A program made the translations under genes and the position numbers. Positions 1 to 9,911 of a stretch of 64,000 nucleotides of DNA are shown here, one piece after another. This DNA is from an uncultured Acidimicrobiaceae bacterium. Its GTDB lineage: Bacteria > Actinomycetota > Acidimicrobiia > Acidimicrobiales > Bog-793. Numbering within the stretch: position 1 is the stretch's first letter; every line of letters starts with the position of its first letter. The notes below the pieces were generated by a model. The model did not search any database and was not told the origin of the DNA. It saw only the letters and a program-made list of their open reading frames with translations. The stretch is taken from NCBI GenBank assembly GCA_963804265.1, contig CAWDPZ010000011.1, positions 2,242 through 66,241 of the forward strand, in the 5' to 3' direction.

Positions 1-6
1 GCATCG

Positions 7-1950
7 TTGAACAACTCGCTGTTCATGGACCTCTGTGGGTACCACACCTTCGAGGCGAATTCCTATATCGACAGCCTGGGCTCCATCGTCGACCCCGACA
101 CCGGCAAGACTTACAGCGGCACGAATCCATACTACGGGCCCTTCTTCGGAAGCGAGCCGATCGTTAACCAGGGTGGCGGAACGCCAAACTCCGAGACCGA
201 CTTCGTGCTCGCGAAGGGCGCAAGCGGCAATCCTTCCAGCAGCGCCCTCACCTTCCAGAACCCTTGCAACCAGCCCTTCAACTTCAAGGCGGGCGAGACG
301 TTCAACGGGACCGTGTACACCAACGACCAGATATACACGGACACGAGCGGCGGTAACCCGACCTTCTCGGGAACACCCCCGCTCGCCTCCGGCGCCAAGA
401 ACAACCTGAGCTACTACTACCTGTGGAACTGGCCGGGGTCCAAGTCCAAGGTCGTGAGCGGCCAGACCGTCTACTACCCAGCGGGCTGGATCGACAATGC
501 CGGCGGTGACCCGCCGACGCTGTCGTACGCGAACGAGGGAGCGGCGAACCAGACTCTGCCGCAGTTCGACACCTCCATCCGCGCCTACGCGGACGGACAG
601 GCGGGGAACGGCTGTCTGTTCACGGGTCCCACGATGATCGAGTTCGTCAAGCCCGTCGGATCGGCGAACTCGACGATGAACGTGTGGAGCCCACTGACGC
701 GCGCGAATTCCGCCGTCGTTAACGGCACCACGTACACCTCGTCATCGAGCTGTGGAACCTACAGCCCCTCTAGTCCGTGGCAGACGGGACTCTCGCTTCC
801 CTCTGACGGGGTCATCTTCGTCCAGAGCGTCCCCGCCAGCTCGAGCGATCCGAACTACTGGGCCACGACGCCGACCGCGGAGGGAACCGACGGGTCGACC
901 AGCAACTCCAACAGCACCCTCACGGCCAACTCCGGCCCGTTCACCTCGGGCATGGTCGGTCAGCCGATCTACATCGGCGGTTCGACCATTGCTCGCACCA
1001 TCGCGACCTACAGCTCGACGAAGTCGATCACCTACACGGGGTCTACCCTCGGTACCCACTCGGGGCTCTACTACTGCGTGGGCACTGCACTGGCTTGTGC
1101 AGATGCGACTGTCGTCAACGGCACGCCACCGGTGGCAGACAGTTGCCTCGACCCGTACACCCCCAACTACTCCTCGAGCTGGGCGGCCTCCCCGAGCACG
1201 AGTCAGTGCCCGACCAGCACGATCGGTGAGGGGGATGTGATCGTCGAAGGCGAGCTGCACGGCGAAGTCACCCTGGCCACCGACTCGAACGCTGTCATGA
1301 GTCGAGACATCACCTACACGTGTGCCGACGGAAGCGGCGCGGCGTTGACCACTCTCCTGCCGGGGTGCGCCACGTCGGGAGCGGTCCCACCGGACTTGCT
1401 CGGGATAGCCGTCAACGACGACATCGTGCTCAGTCATCCGACCGACGACAACTCCAACCCAAATGGCAACGGCCCGTCGCCTGGATGGGTGACAGGCACG
1501 CCCGGATCGTGCGGCAGCCAGGACGGCACCACCCTCACAGCCGCTTTCTCCTCAACCGCGTCGGCATCCCAGCTGAACTCGTACATCGCTCCTACCTGCG
1601 ACATCCAGAACCCGACCCTTGACGCTGCCGTCGTCGCTCTCGGAGGCGCCCTCGGCGACGAGAATTACGACCAGCAGGACGCCTTCTACAGCGGTGGGAC
1701 CACCTCGGGCGGCGGGTTCTACATCAACGGCACGGACATAAGTTTCTTCCGTGGTCCCTTCGGCACCTTCAACGGCAGCGGCAACAACGTGACCGGGTAC
1801 AACAAGGATCTCACCTACGACGCCCGCCTCGGTTATGCGACCCCCCCGTATTTTCTCGGTGCGGTGTCCACGGTTTGGAACCTCACGAGCGTCGTCGTCT
1901 GCGGCACCGCCAACGCGTCGAATGCCGGGACCTGCACAGAGGTCAAGTAA
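7..1950 (+). CDS. Secreted-type Ser/Thr/Gly/Asn-rich protein of unknown function. The ORF is open at the window 5' edge, so it is probably N-terminally truncated here.
   Basis: Longest ORF in this region, with no stop between position 1 and 7 in frame. Its composition is not the Arg/Pro/Ala bias of shadow ORFs. It has repeated beta-strand-like motifs (GVIFVQS, GDVIVEGELHGEVTLATD, DITYTC, LGIAVNDDIVL) and paired Cys. I did not recognise a family. Confidence 0.5.
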   Translation: MNNSLFMDLCGYHTFEANSYIDSLGSIVDPDTGKTYSGTNPYYGPFFGSEPIVNQGGGTPNSETDFVLAKGASGNPSSSALTFQNPCNQPFNFKAGETFNGTVYTNDQIYTDTSGGNPTFSGTPPLASGAKNNLSYYYLWNWPGSKSKVVSGQTVYYPAGWIDNAGGDPPTLSYANEGAANQTLPQFDTSIRAYADGQAGNGCLFTGPTMIEFVKPVGSANSTMNVWSPLTRANSAVVNGTTYTSSSSCGTYSPSSPWQTGLSLPSDGVIFVQSVPASSSDPNYWATTPTAEGTDGSTSNSNSTLTANSGPFTSGMVGQPIYIGGSTIARTIATYSSTKSITYTGSTLGTHSGLYYCVGTALACADATVVNGTPPVADSCLDPYTPNYSSSWAASPSTSQCPTSTIGEGDVIVEGELHGEVTLATDSNAVMSRDITYTCADGSGAALTTLLPGCATSGAVPPDLLGIAVNDDIVLSHPTDDNSNPNGNGPSPGWVTGTPGSCGSQDGTTLTAAFSSTASASQLNSYIAPTCDIQNPTLDAAVVALGGALGDENYDQQDAFYSGGTTSGGGFYINGTDISFFRGPFGTFNGSGNNVTGYNKDLTYDARLGYATPPYFLGAVSTVWNLTSVVVCGTANASNAGTCTEVK

Positions 1951-2017
1951 CGCTTTAATAGAGGTTCTGACTCGGTACCGGGCCAAGGGTTTCGACGGCT
2001 CTAGAGTGGCCCGACAA

Positions 2018-3151
2018 ATGCGAGCTCTTCCCTACCTGCCTGTCGAGGAACTGGACGGCCGCCCGCATGTGATCGTGGACGGCTCTCCCCGCTCGGGGAC
2101 GGTGCTGACCCTTTCCCACTGGCCGCAGAGCCCGACGCCGGTCGGTCTCGCCCGCGATCTGTCGGCGGAGATCGTCTTCGCCTTCCTTCGCGCCTCACGA
2201 GCGGGCGACGGGCCCGGTACCGCGCAGGCCCGGGTCGGCCGGCACAGCTCCCGGCTCGAGCTGACCTCGGCGATCGCCGGTGCCCGTTGGGCCGAGGCCG
2301 TGACGAACGACCACTTCGACGAGGACGGGTTCGTGTCCCTTGTTGCGGTGACCGACCCGGACTTTGCCCTGAGCCACGAGGAGCTGCTCGTCGATGTGGC
2401 CTCGTGCGGTGATTTCGGGGTCGTGCGTTCGCGTCGGGCGGCTCAGATAGCGTTTGCGATCGGCCCGATTGCCGAGGAAGCGGGCGAGGCTCCGCCCGCG
2501 CCCGCCGACCGCCCCGGGAGCCTGACCGGGCCCCGTTACCGCGCAGCCCTCGAGCGGGCGGTCGAACTGGTCGAGCATCCCGAGCACTTCAGGCATCACT
2601 GGGAGGAACAGGACGCCGCCCTGGCGGCCTCGCAGGCAGCCCTCGGGACAGGCGCCGTGACGATCGACGAGGTGCCGGAGGTCGACCTCGCCGTCGTCAG
2701 GCGGGTCGCCGGGGGCGCTTGCGAGAGCGGAGGCCCCGAGGCGGGGCTCTGTGGCGGCCTCGCCTTGCACGAGGTGGCCCTCCACTCCGCGACGTCGGCG
2801 TCGCGGATCTTGGCCTTCAACGGGGGCCGCTGTGAGCTCTACTTCCGCTACGAGAGTTGGGTCCGTTACGTGAGCCGTATGGTGCCCCTACGGCCCGACC
2901 TCGAGCCCCTGGCCGAGCAGCTGAGCGCGGCGGAGCCTTCGGGATCCCGCTGGGTGGCCGACGGGGTCGGGTCGCTCGTGAGCCGCTTGCGACCCGCGTC
3001 CGGTGTCACCGAGCTCGCCCCGGCCGTCGTTCAGCTGATGGTCGTCGCCTACCTCAAGCAGCGCGCCCGGGGCGTGGGACCCGTTCCGCAGCGGCGGTGC
3101 CCTCGTCCCGGTGGGGGAGCGCCGGCCGCCCCGTTGAGGGAGCTCCGGTGA
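2018..3151 (+). CDS. Conserved hypothetical protein (actinobacterial DUF-type)
   Basis: Part of ORF 1835..3151. The first ATG is at 2018 (MRALPYLPVEELDGRPHVIVDGSPRSGTVLTLSHWP...), with an alternative GTG at 2006. Composition is ordinary and the gene is convergent with the pspAB-like gene. I am not certain of the family name. Confidence 0.5.
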   Translation: MRALPYLPVEELDGRPHVIVDGSPRSGTVLTLSHWPQSPTPVGLARDLSAEIVFAFLRASRAGDGPGTAQARVGRHSSRLELTSAIAGARWAEAVTNDHFDEDGFVSLVAVTDPDFALSHEELLVDVASCGDFGVVRSRRAAQIAFAIGPIAEEAGEAPPAPADRPGSLTGPRYRAALERAVELVEHPEHFRHHWEEQDAALAASQAALGTGAVTIDEVPEVDLAVVRRVAGGACESGGPEAGLCGGLALHEVALHSATSASRILAFNGGRCELYFRYESWVRYVSRMVPLRPDLEPLAEQLSAAEPSGSRWVADGVGSLVSRLRPASGVTELAPAVVQLMVVAYLKQRARGVGPVPQRRCPRPGGGAPAAPLRELR

Positions 3152-3167
3152 GGTCGGCTCGCAGCCC

Positions 3168-3775
3168 TCAGTGGACCGGAAGCCCCCAGAGGGGGAACCA
3201 GCGCTCCAGGTCGGGCTCCATGGACAAATCGGTGGCCAGGGTCACGTTCAAGAGACGCTCCCTGTCGGTGTCGCGCTTCTCGGCTGCCTGCAGCGGGACG
3301 AAGGGGTAGAAGCTGCCCCGTTTGTAGAGGTACACGAGGTAGGTCCCGGCCACGCTCGGAGCTCCGCCACCGGCCGTCGGATCGGCCGCCCCGCCCGGGA
3401 TCGGAGAGAAACCGAACACCGAGCACAGAAGCTGGGGCCCCACCCATGGTCCTGCAACGTCGTGTTCACGACGTGCACCTCGTTGATCAGGTCGCCGAAG
3501 TCGTCATCTGCGATGACGGCCCAGCGGTAGCCGTAGGAGTCGGACTCCTCGTGGATCTTTACGCCCTCGCCGAGATCGAGCAGCTGAGTCACCTCGCTGG
3601 CGGTCTGCGAGAAGTCCTGCCCGGTCGCAGGCTTGAAGCAGACCCCGGCCTGGCCCGTCGGGCGCAGGCCGAGCGACGCCTCGAGAGTGATCTGGGCGCC
3701 CGGCAGCCCGAAGAGATGGTCGAGATTGGGCTGGGCAGGCTTGGTCCGGCCCAGAAGCACGTCGAACAGCTTCAC
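3168..3775 (-). CDS. PspA-associated protein PspAB, reading frame broken near 3436
   Basis: The N-terminal part (MKLFDVLLGRTKPAQPNLDHLFGLPGAQITLEA...VVNTTLQDHGWGP) lies in ORF 3248..3775. The C-terminal part (QLLCSVFGFSPIPGG...YLVYLYKRGSFYPFVPL...ERWFPLWGLP) lies in ORF 3168..3443. They join if one C is added to the C-run near 3436. The gene is last in a pspA-pspAA-htpX-pspAB string. Confidence 0.7.
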
Positions 3776-4713
3776 GCCGCGCGGCCCATTTGCGCCTCGA
3801 GCTTCGTCAGCTGGTCCAGGCGCTTCTCGAGGGTCGGATGCGTCGAGAACAGGCTGGAGAGGCTGACGCCTTTCGCGAACGCCGGAGCGAAGAAGAAAGC
3901 GTTGAAGTGCTCCGCCGCCCGCAGGTCACGCGTCGGGATACGCGACATCTCCCCCGAGACCTTGACGAGCGCCTGGGCGAGCAGCCGGGGCTGGCCGATG
4001 AGGATCGCCCCGGAGCGGTCCGCCGCCAGCTCGCGGTAGCGAGAGAGTGTCCGGATGAGGACGAAGCTGATGGCATAGACCAGCGCCGAGAAGGCGAGCA
4101 TCCCGAGCTCGACGAGGGCGATCTGGCCGCCTCCTCCGCCACCCTGGTTCCTGTTGCCGCCGCCTCCCCCGAAGCCCCCGAAGAGGCCGGCGTAGGCGAG
4201 CACGCGGGTCAGCAGGCCGGCCAGGATCCCGAGGAAGCTGGCGATGGTCATCACGGCGACGTCGCGGTGTGCGACGTGGGACAGCTCGTGCGCGAGCACG
4301 GCCTCGAGCTCGGGCTCGTCGAGGCGGCGCAGGATGCCTGTCGTCACGCAGACGACGGCATGCTTCTGGTCGCGACCGGTGGCGAAGGCGTTCGGCATGT
4401 CGACGTTCGCGATCGCCACCTGGGGCTTGGGCATGTCGGCGAGCGCCACGAGCCGGTCGACCACCCCGTGCAGCTGGGGGGCCTGCTCGCGGGTGACGAT
4501 CTTGCCGCCCATGGAGTAGAGCGCGATGCGGTCCGAGTAGAAGTACTGCACGAAGAGCAGGACGAACGCGATGACGAGGATGAAGACGAGCTTCAGCCCG
4601 ACGAGGAAGAGCACGGTGACGAACAGGGCGTAGAGCAGTCCCAGCAGGAACACCGTCAATGTCATGCGGGCGGTGAGCCCGCGATCGGCCGGGAAGCGAG
4701 TGCGTGTCGACAA
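3772..4713 (-). CDS. htpX: M48-family zinc metalloprotease HtpX
   Basis: Carries the HEXXH motif (AHELSHVAHRD), N-terminal TM helices, a Gly-rich loop and a C-terminal FSTHPTLEKRL. Candidate starts are TTG at 4713 (GGAG about 11 nt upstream) or ATG at 4665. The upstream part of ORF 3772..5004 is out-of-frame overlap with pspAA. Confidence 0.85.
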   Translation of the reverse strand: MSTRTRFPADRGLTARMTLTVFLLGLLYALFVTVLFLVGLKLVFILVIAFVLLFVQYFYSDRIALYSMGGKIVTREQAPQLHGVVDRLVALADMPKPQVAIANVDMPNAFATGRDQKHAVVCVTTGILRRLDEPELEAVLAHELSHVAHRDVAVMTIASFLGILAGLLTRVLAYAGLFGGFGGGGGNRNQGGGGGGQIALVELGMLAFSALVYAISFVLIRTLSRYRELAADRSGAILIGQPRLLAQALVKVSGEMSRIPTRDLRAAEHFNAFFFAPAFAKGVSLSSLFSTHPTLEKRLDQLTKLEAQMGRAA

Positions 4714-4718
4714 GCGGA

Positions 4719-4997
4719 TCAGGACTCCCCGACGTCCTCGGAGTTCATGAGCTCGCGTAGCTCCGCGAGCGAGGCGCCCGGGTTCGGGACGGTCAGGTCC
4801 GATGGCACGAAGCGGTCGGGGCCGACCGGCTTGCCCTCGGTCCGCACCGTCTCGACCAGGTGCTTCAGCACCTCGTGGAACTTCGCCTCGTCGGAGGCCT
4901 CGAGGGCGGCCAGCAGCTGCTTGTCGAGGTCCTCCAGCCCGGCGACCTGGTTCTGGTCGAGCTCGAACTGGCCCTCTCCGAGGATGCGCACGATCAT
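4719..4997 (-). CDS. PspA-associated protein PspAA
   Basis: A 92-aa acidic helical protein (MIVRILGEGQFELDQNQVAGLEDLDKQLLAALE...) located immediately downstream of pspA. This is the typical PspAA position and size. Confidence 0.7.
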   Translation of the reverse strand: MIVRILGEGQFELDQNQVAGLEDLDKQLLAALEASDEAKFHEVLKHLVETVRTEGKPVGPDRFVPSDLTVPNPGASLAELRELMNSEDVGES

Positions 4998-5072
4998 GAA
5001 GCACCTCCGGTGTCGAGGCTGAACGGGTCCGCCGGAGTCCTAGGTGCGGGAGCAGGCGGTACGACCTCGCCG

Positions 5073-5840
5073 TCAGCCGGCTCGTCGGTTGACCGTCGAG
5101 GCTCCGCCGCCTGCGGCGAGCTCGCCGCTCGGGGCGTTCGCGGGCGCGTTCAGCTCGCTCTTCAGCTGGGCGAGCTGCAGCTCGACTGCCGAAGAGGCCG
5201 CCGTCTTGTCGAGCTCGGCCTGGAGGGGATCGGAGGACCCGGACAGGTCCGTGAGCGTCCCGGAGGCCAGGAGCTCGTCCACGGCGCCGGCGCGAGCCTG
5301 CATCTGGGCGATCTTGTCCTGGGCGCGCTGCATGGCCATGCCCGTGTCGCTCATCGACTCCGAGATGCCGGAGACCGCCTCGCCGATCTTCGTCTGGGCC
5401 TGAGCGGCGGTGTAGGAGGCTTTCAGGGTCTCCTTCTGGGTGCGGAAGGCCTCGACGCGCGCCTGGAGCTGCTGGGTGGTCGCTTCCAGCCGTTCCTGCT
5501 GCTGTGCGAGCTGGTCGTGCTGGGTCTTCAGACCCTCGAGCTGCGTGGCGATACCGGACCTGCGGGTCAGGGCCTGGGTGGCGAGGTCCTCACGGTTCTG
5601 CGCGAGCGCCTGGCGTGCCTGGTCCTGCAGCTTGGCCGCCGCCTGCTGCAGCTGTACGGCCTGGAGCTCGATGCGCTTCTTGGCGGTCGCGACATCGGCG
5701 AGCCCGCGCTTTACCTGCTGCAGCTGCTCGATCTGCTTCTCGTAGGAGAGATCGAGTGTTTCGCGGGGGTCCTCGGCTTTGTCGAGGACCTTGTTTGCCT
5801 TGGCCTGGACGATGTTCGTCAGGCGCTTCATTACACCCAT
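5073..5840 (-). CDS. pspA: PspA/IM30 family membrane-stress protein
   Basis: The N-terminus MKRLTNIVQAKANKVLDKAEDPRETLDLSYEKQIEQLQQVKRGLADV is followed by long coiled-coil Q/A/L-rich repeats typical of PspA/Vipp1. Confidence 0.9.
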   Translation of the reverse strand: MGVMKRLTNIVQAKANKVLDKAEDPRETLDLSYEKQIEQLQQVKRGLADVATAKKRIELQAVQLQQAAAKLQDQARQALAQNREDLATQALTRRSGIATQLEGLKTQHDQLAQQQERLEATTQQLQARVEAFRTQKETLKASYTAAQAQTKIGEAVSGISESMSDTGMAMQRAQDKIAQMQARAGAVDELLASGTLTDLSGSSDPLQAELDKTAASSAVELQLAQLKSELNAPANAPSGELAAGGGASTVNRRAG

Positions 5841-5920
5841 ATGTGCTCCCTTGACGTCTTCGGGCCAGCATAAAGCCTGCCGGAGGCTCCAACTGCATCG
5901 CGCCGGTAGCCTCTGGTCCC

Positions 5921-6791
5921 ATGGACGACCAGCTCTGCATCCTGACGGTGCACGCCCATCCTGACGACGAGTCCTCCAAGGGTGCCGGGACCATCGCGAA
6001 GTACCACGCCGCAGGTGTCCACACCGTTCTCGTGACCTGTACGGGCGGCGAGGAGGGCGACATATTGAACCCGGTCATGGACACCCCTGAGGTGCGGGCG
6101 AACATCGGCGCCGTCCGGCGGCCGTGAGCTCGACCAGGCCGTCGAGGTGATCGGCTACGACGAGCTGGTCCTGCTCGGCTACCGCGACTCGGGCATGGCC
6201 GGCACCGACGCCAACTCCGACCCGCGGGCCTTCGCCGCCCGGCCCCTGGAAGAGACCGTCGAGCGCCTCGTGGCCGAGATCCGTCGCGTACGCCCGCAGG
6301 TCGTCGTCACCTACGGCGACAATCACGAGCACTACCCGCACCCGGACCACATAAGGTCCCATGACATCTCGGTGGCGGCCTTCAGCGCAGCAGGGGATCC
6401 GGCGGCCTTCCCCGCCACGGGCGAGCCTTACCAGCCGGCCAAGCTCTACTACTCGGTCTGGTCTCGGGCACGGATCCTGGCCATGCACGCCAAGTACCTC
6501 GAGCTCGGCTTGGAGTCGCCTTTCGACGAAGGCTGGCTCGAGCGGCCCGGCAACGAGGACAAGATCACGACCTCGATCGACCTGACCGGTTTCGAGGACG
6601 TGCAACGCCTGGCGCTGCTCGCGCACGCCACGCAGGTCGATCCGACCTCGAAGTACTGGTTCGGGCTGCCGCCCGAGATCATGAAGACGATCCACCCCTA
6701 CGACGACTACATCCTGGCGCGCAGCTTCGTCGACTCGGAGCTGCCCGAGGACGACCTGTTCGCCGGGGTGCGACTGACGACGAGCCGGTAG
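5921..6791 (+). CDS. mca: Mycothiol S-conjugate amidase (LmbE/Mca family), frame broken near 6122
   Basis: Contains AHPDDES, TGGEEGDILNP and YPHPDHI metal/LmbE motifs, and ends in an Mca-like LFAGV. The ORFs 5921..6127 and 6147..6791 join (..GAVRRRELDQAVEVIGYDE..) if one C near 6122 is removed. Confidence 0.8.
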
Positions 6792-6861
6792 CATCCGCCC
6801 ACAACTTGGTGTAGGCAAAGGGTTGTGGTGGAAATGCCACCGGCACGCTGAGGAGGACGAC

Positions 6862-7249
6862 ATGGCCAAGTGGCTGACCCAGGAGTGGCTCGACGAGGGC
6901 AGGAAGCTCGCCGAGGGACAGCCGGAGCGCCCAGGAGCCTCCGCCAGGCTGCAGTACGTGGTCACCGGCGGGCCCGACGGCGACATCCGCTACTTCTGGG
7001 TGCTCGAGAACGGCAGGCTCCTCCAGTCCGAGCTCGGCGAGCTGCCTGATCCCGAGGTGACCCTCACCCAGAACTACGAGGACGCCATGCGCATCCAAAA
7101 AGGCGAGCTCGATGCCAACGCGGCCTTCATGCAGGGCCGGGTCAAGGTCACGGGCAACATGGCGAAGCTGCTCGCGATGCTGCCGATCACGAACTCGCCC
7201 GAGTACAAGCAGCTCCAGGTCGACACCCTCCGCGATAACCGAGTTCTGA
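6862..7249 (+). CDS. SCP2 sterol-carrier-like domain protein. The likely true stop is at 7247-7249, after a frame break near 7232.
   Basis: ATG at 6862 is preceded by GAGGAGGA. It has the SCP2 signature ...DANAAFMQGRVKVTGNMAKLLAML. The as-sequenced ORF runs on to 7356, but an alternative frame ends in ..ITEF-TGA directly before a hairpin at 7251-7272. Confidence 0.55.
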
Positions 7250-8303
7250 CAGCCGCCTGCAGGCGGGCGGCTCCTACCGGCCCCCTGGCAGAACAGGCAC
7301 CTGGCAAACAGGGCAGCCTGGCCAGACCGGCCGGCTCGTGTCCATGTGCGCAGTGAGGCATATCTCGAAGGGCGCGGTAGCCGACGAGCCTCACCTGGCC
7401 GGCACGCACCGCCTCTGCCAGAGGCCCCTGTCCGCCGAGCAACCTGTGGTCTGCGACACGGGCCCGCCAGTCGGGTGCCGCGGCACGCAGCTCCGAAGTG
7501 TCGAGCGCAGGCCGGAGGCAGATCTCGGTCACGCCCGGCTCGAGGCCGGCGAGCAGGTCCGACATTTGCTCCTCGGCGCGCGAGTCGTCGCCTGAGGCCG
7601 CTGCCCGGGCCTCCTCTTCGGTGTCGCCCGGCACGCTTTCACCGTCCCGAGCGCCGCTCGATGCCTCCCCCGACCTGCCGGTCGAGATGGCGCGGTCCGG
7701 AGAGATGACTCCCCGGTCGGCGGCCAGGGCCCGGAAGGGGAAGCCGGCGAGGCGCTGCGCGGCGGCGTCAGGAAGGCGCAGGGGCAGGCGGAATTCCTCC
7801 GCCAGGTCCAAGAAGACGTCGAAGAACTCCGGCTTGAGCTGGACAGCCTCGAGATGGGTGTCGAGATGGCTCACGTCGAAGCCCCAGTAGATGGCACGCT
7901 CGAGCTGGGCGCGGCACTCCCGGCGGACCTCGTCAAGATCGGCGTGGTCCCACAGGTCGGCGGCCGTCCTCGGGAACCCGCCGTCGCCGTCCAGCAACGA
8001 CGGAGCGTGCGTGATCGGTCCCCAGCGGTAAAGGTCGTGCTCGGCGTTCAAGGTGAGGCCGACGCCGACGTCCTCGCCGCGGTACTGGGCCGCGGCGCCG
8101 CGCGCCCAGGGGGTCGGCACCATCAAGGTTGCCGTCGTGGCTGTTCGGTCGCGGAGCGCTCCGTATATGGCGACGTTCCCGGCGTGGAACACCCCGAGCT
8201 CGGCGCAGCTCAGCACTAGCACGCGGTCGTCTTGGCCGTAACCCAGTCGCTCAAGCAGTGTCGTCACCGGACCGACGGTAGCCGGAGCGCAGAGAGCCGC
8301 CAA
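7074..8303 (-). CDS. YdjC/ChbG-family carbohydrate deacetylase. The 3' end is doubtful.
   Basis: LGYGQDDRVLVLSCAELGVFHAGNVAI...LMVPTPW...SHLDTHLEAV matches the YdjC fold motifs. The last ~90 codons (7074-7340) are antisense to the SCP2 gene and cross the 7251-7272 hairpin, so the native stop is probably lost or shifted. Alternative start: GTG at 8267. Confidence 0.55.
   Translation of the reverse strand: MAALCAPATVGPVTTLLERLGYGQDDRVLVLSCAELGVFHAGNVAIYGALRDRTATTATLMVPTPWARGAAAQYRGEDVGVGLTLNAEHDLYRWGPITHAPSLLDGDGGFPRTAADLWDHADLDEVRRECRAQLERAIYWGFDVSHLDTHLEAVQLKPEFFDVFLDLAEEFRLPLRLPDAAAQRLAGFPFRALAADRGVISPDRAISTGRSGEASSGARDGESVPGDTEEEARAAASGDDSRAEEQMSDLLAGLEPGVTEICLRPALDTSELRAAAPDWRARVADHRLLGGQGPLAEAVRAGQVRLVGYRALRDMPHCAHGHEPAGLARLPCLPGACSARGPVGAARLQAAVRTRLSRRVSTWSCLYSGEFVIGSIASSFAMLPVTLTRPCMKAALASSSPFWMRMASS
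7251..7272. terminator. GC-rich hairpin between convergent genes (possible bidirectional terminator)
   Basis: AGCCGCC-tgcaggcg-GGCGGCT, which includes the palindrome CCGCCTGCAGGCGG. There is no clear T-run. Confidence 0.35.
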
Positions 8304-8386
8304 CCGCTTCCGGCGCGGGTACCGGGCGCACGTTGACCCGGTGTCACGCCGGACCGCCGGGAGCAGGAACGTGGCAAACTGGCCCC

Positions 8387-9328
8387 ATGGAGTTATCAGG
8401 CATTTTGGCTTCCGATGCCCTCGTCGGCGGGATCATCGGCGGTGTCGTGGTCCTGGCGTTCGTGGTGATGGTCGTGCTTCGCACGTTGCTGACGGTGGTC
8501 ACCGAGTACCAGCGGGCGGTGTTCTTCCGCTTCGGCCGCATCCGTGCCGAGGCCAAGGGCCCGGGCCTCATCTTCCGCATTCCCAGCGGTCGACCGGGTC
8601 GTGAAGGTCAACCTCCGGGTCGAGGTCGTCGACATCCCCGCGCAATCTGCCATCACAGCCGACAACGTCACCTTGCAGGTCGACGCCGTCGTCTACTTCC
8701 GCGTCGCCGATCCCGTCAAGGCCATCGTCGGGGTGGACAACTTCCGGCTCGCCAGCCAGCGCATCGCCATGACGAGCCTCCGCTCCATCATCGGTCGCCA
8801 CGAGCTCGACAATCTCCTCGCCCACCGGGAGGACATCAACAACGAGCTCAAGGCTCAGATCGCCCTTTCGACCCAGGGCTTCGGCGTTGAAGTGCACGAG
8901 GTCCAGATCCGGGACATCTCCCTCCCGAGCGAGCTCGTGCGGGCGATGTCCCGCCAAGCCGAGGCCGAACGCGAGCGCCACGCCAAGGTCATCGCCGCCA
9001 CCGGTGAGCTCGAGGCTTCCCGGGAGCTGTCGGAGGCGGCGACGATGCTCGCCTCGTCACCGGGCTCGATGCAGCTGCGGTCGCTGCAGACCCTCGCCGA
9101 GGTCGCCACCGAGCACAACTCGACTCTGATCTTCCCCATACCGATCGAGCTGCTCGAGTTCATGCGACGCCCTGGCTCCACCGACGACGCCAGCCCCTTT
9201 GCCGTGCCACCTCCCGGCCGGTGGCTCCCGCCCCGCCGGCGGTGGTCCCTCCTGGTCCGGGTGCGGCGGCGGCGATCGGCACCGCTACGCCCGAGGCACC
9301 CTCAGAAGGCGCCAGCCCTTCCGCCTGA
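8387..9328 (+). CDS. SPFH/band-7 (stomatin-like) membrane protein, two frame breaks (~8585, ~9218)
   Basis: An N-terminal TM segment plus EYQRAVFFRFGRI...GPGLIFRIP sits in one frame. AVDRVVKVNLRVEVVDIPAQSAITADNV...RAMSRQAEAERERHAKVI sits in the next frame. A Pro/Ala-rich tail returns to the first frame and stops at 9326-9328, 1 nt before the convergent PAP2 stop. Confidence 0.75.
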
Positions 9329-9329
9329 G

Positions 9330-9911
9330 TCAGGCCCGGCCCAGTCTTGCCGGTCGCTCGAGCGGGGCGAGGCGCCTCGCCACCCGGCCCAGCACGAGGC
9401 CGATCGCAACGCCACCGGCCACGTCCGAGCCGTGGTGGATCTTGGTGTGCACGCGGCTGAGCGCAACGATAAGGGCGAGGGCGTAGTAGATGCCTTTGCG
9501 CTTCTCGCCTTCTGCAAGCAGGGTGGCGGCGCAGAAAGCGGCCGTGGCGTGGCCGCTCGGGAAGCTCGAGGTGATCGGCTGGCGGAACGGCAGTGGGTGG
9601 GCCTCGACGGGCCTCGGCCGCCGGCGTTTGAAGAGGGACTTGAGGCCGGCGTTGACCACGACTGACTCGATCCCGGTGGCGACGATGGCCCGTACCCCGG
9701 CCCGCGTGTCGCCCGGCCGGCCGCGAAGTATCCGCAGGAGCCCGAGCACCAGCCAGAGGAGCCCGAAATCGCCGAGCGCCGAGGCGGTGTAGAAGACCCG
9801 GTCCGCGACCGGGTTGCCCCGCAGGGGGGCGAAGACATCCTCGATCCGGGCGTCGAAGGCCCCCACCGCGCTCGACCGGCCTTCGTGGCTGAGGTCCGCA
9901 TCCGGGCCCAT
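9330..9911 (-). CDS. PAP2-family phosphatase (membrane)
   Basis: Contains the PAP2 motifs KSLFKRRRP, SFPSGHA and SRVHTKIHHGSDV. The ATG at 9911 overlaps (TGATG) the alternative-frame stop of the upstream nuclease gene. Confidence 0.75.
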   Translation of the reverse strand: MGPDADLSHEGRSSAVGAFDARIEDVFAPLRGNPVADRVFYTASALGDFGLLWLVLGLLRILRGRPGDTRAGVRAIVATGIESVVVNAGLKSLFKRRRPRPVEAHPLPFRQPITSSFPSGHATAAFCAATLLAEGEKRKGIYYALALIVALSRVHTKIHHGSDVAGGVAIGLVLGRVARRLAPLERPARLGRA

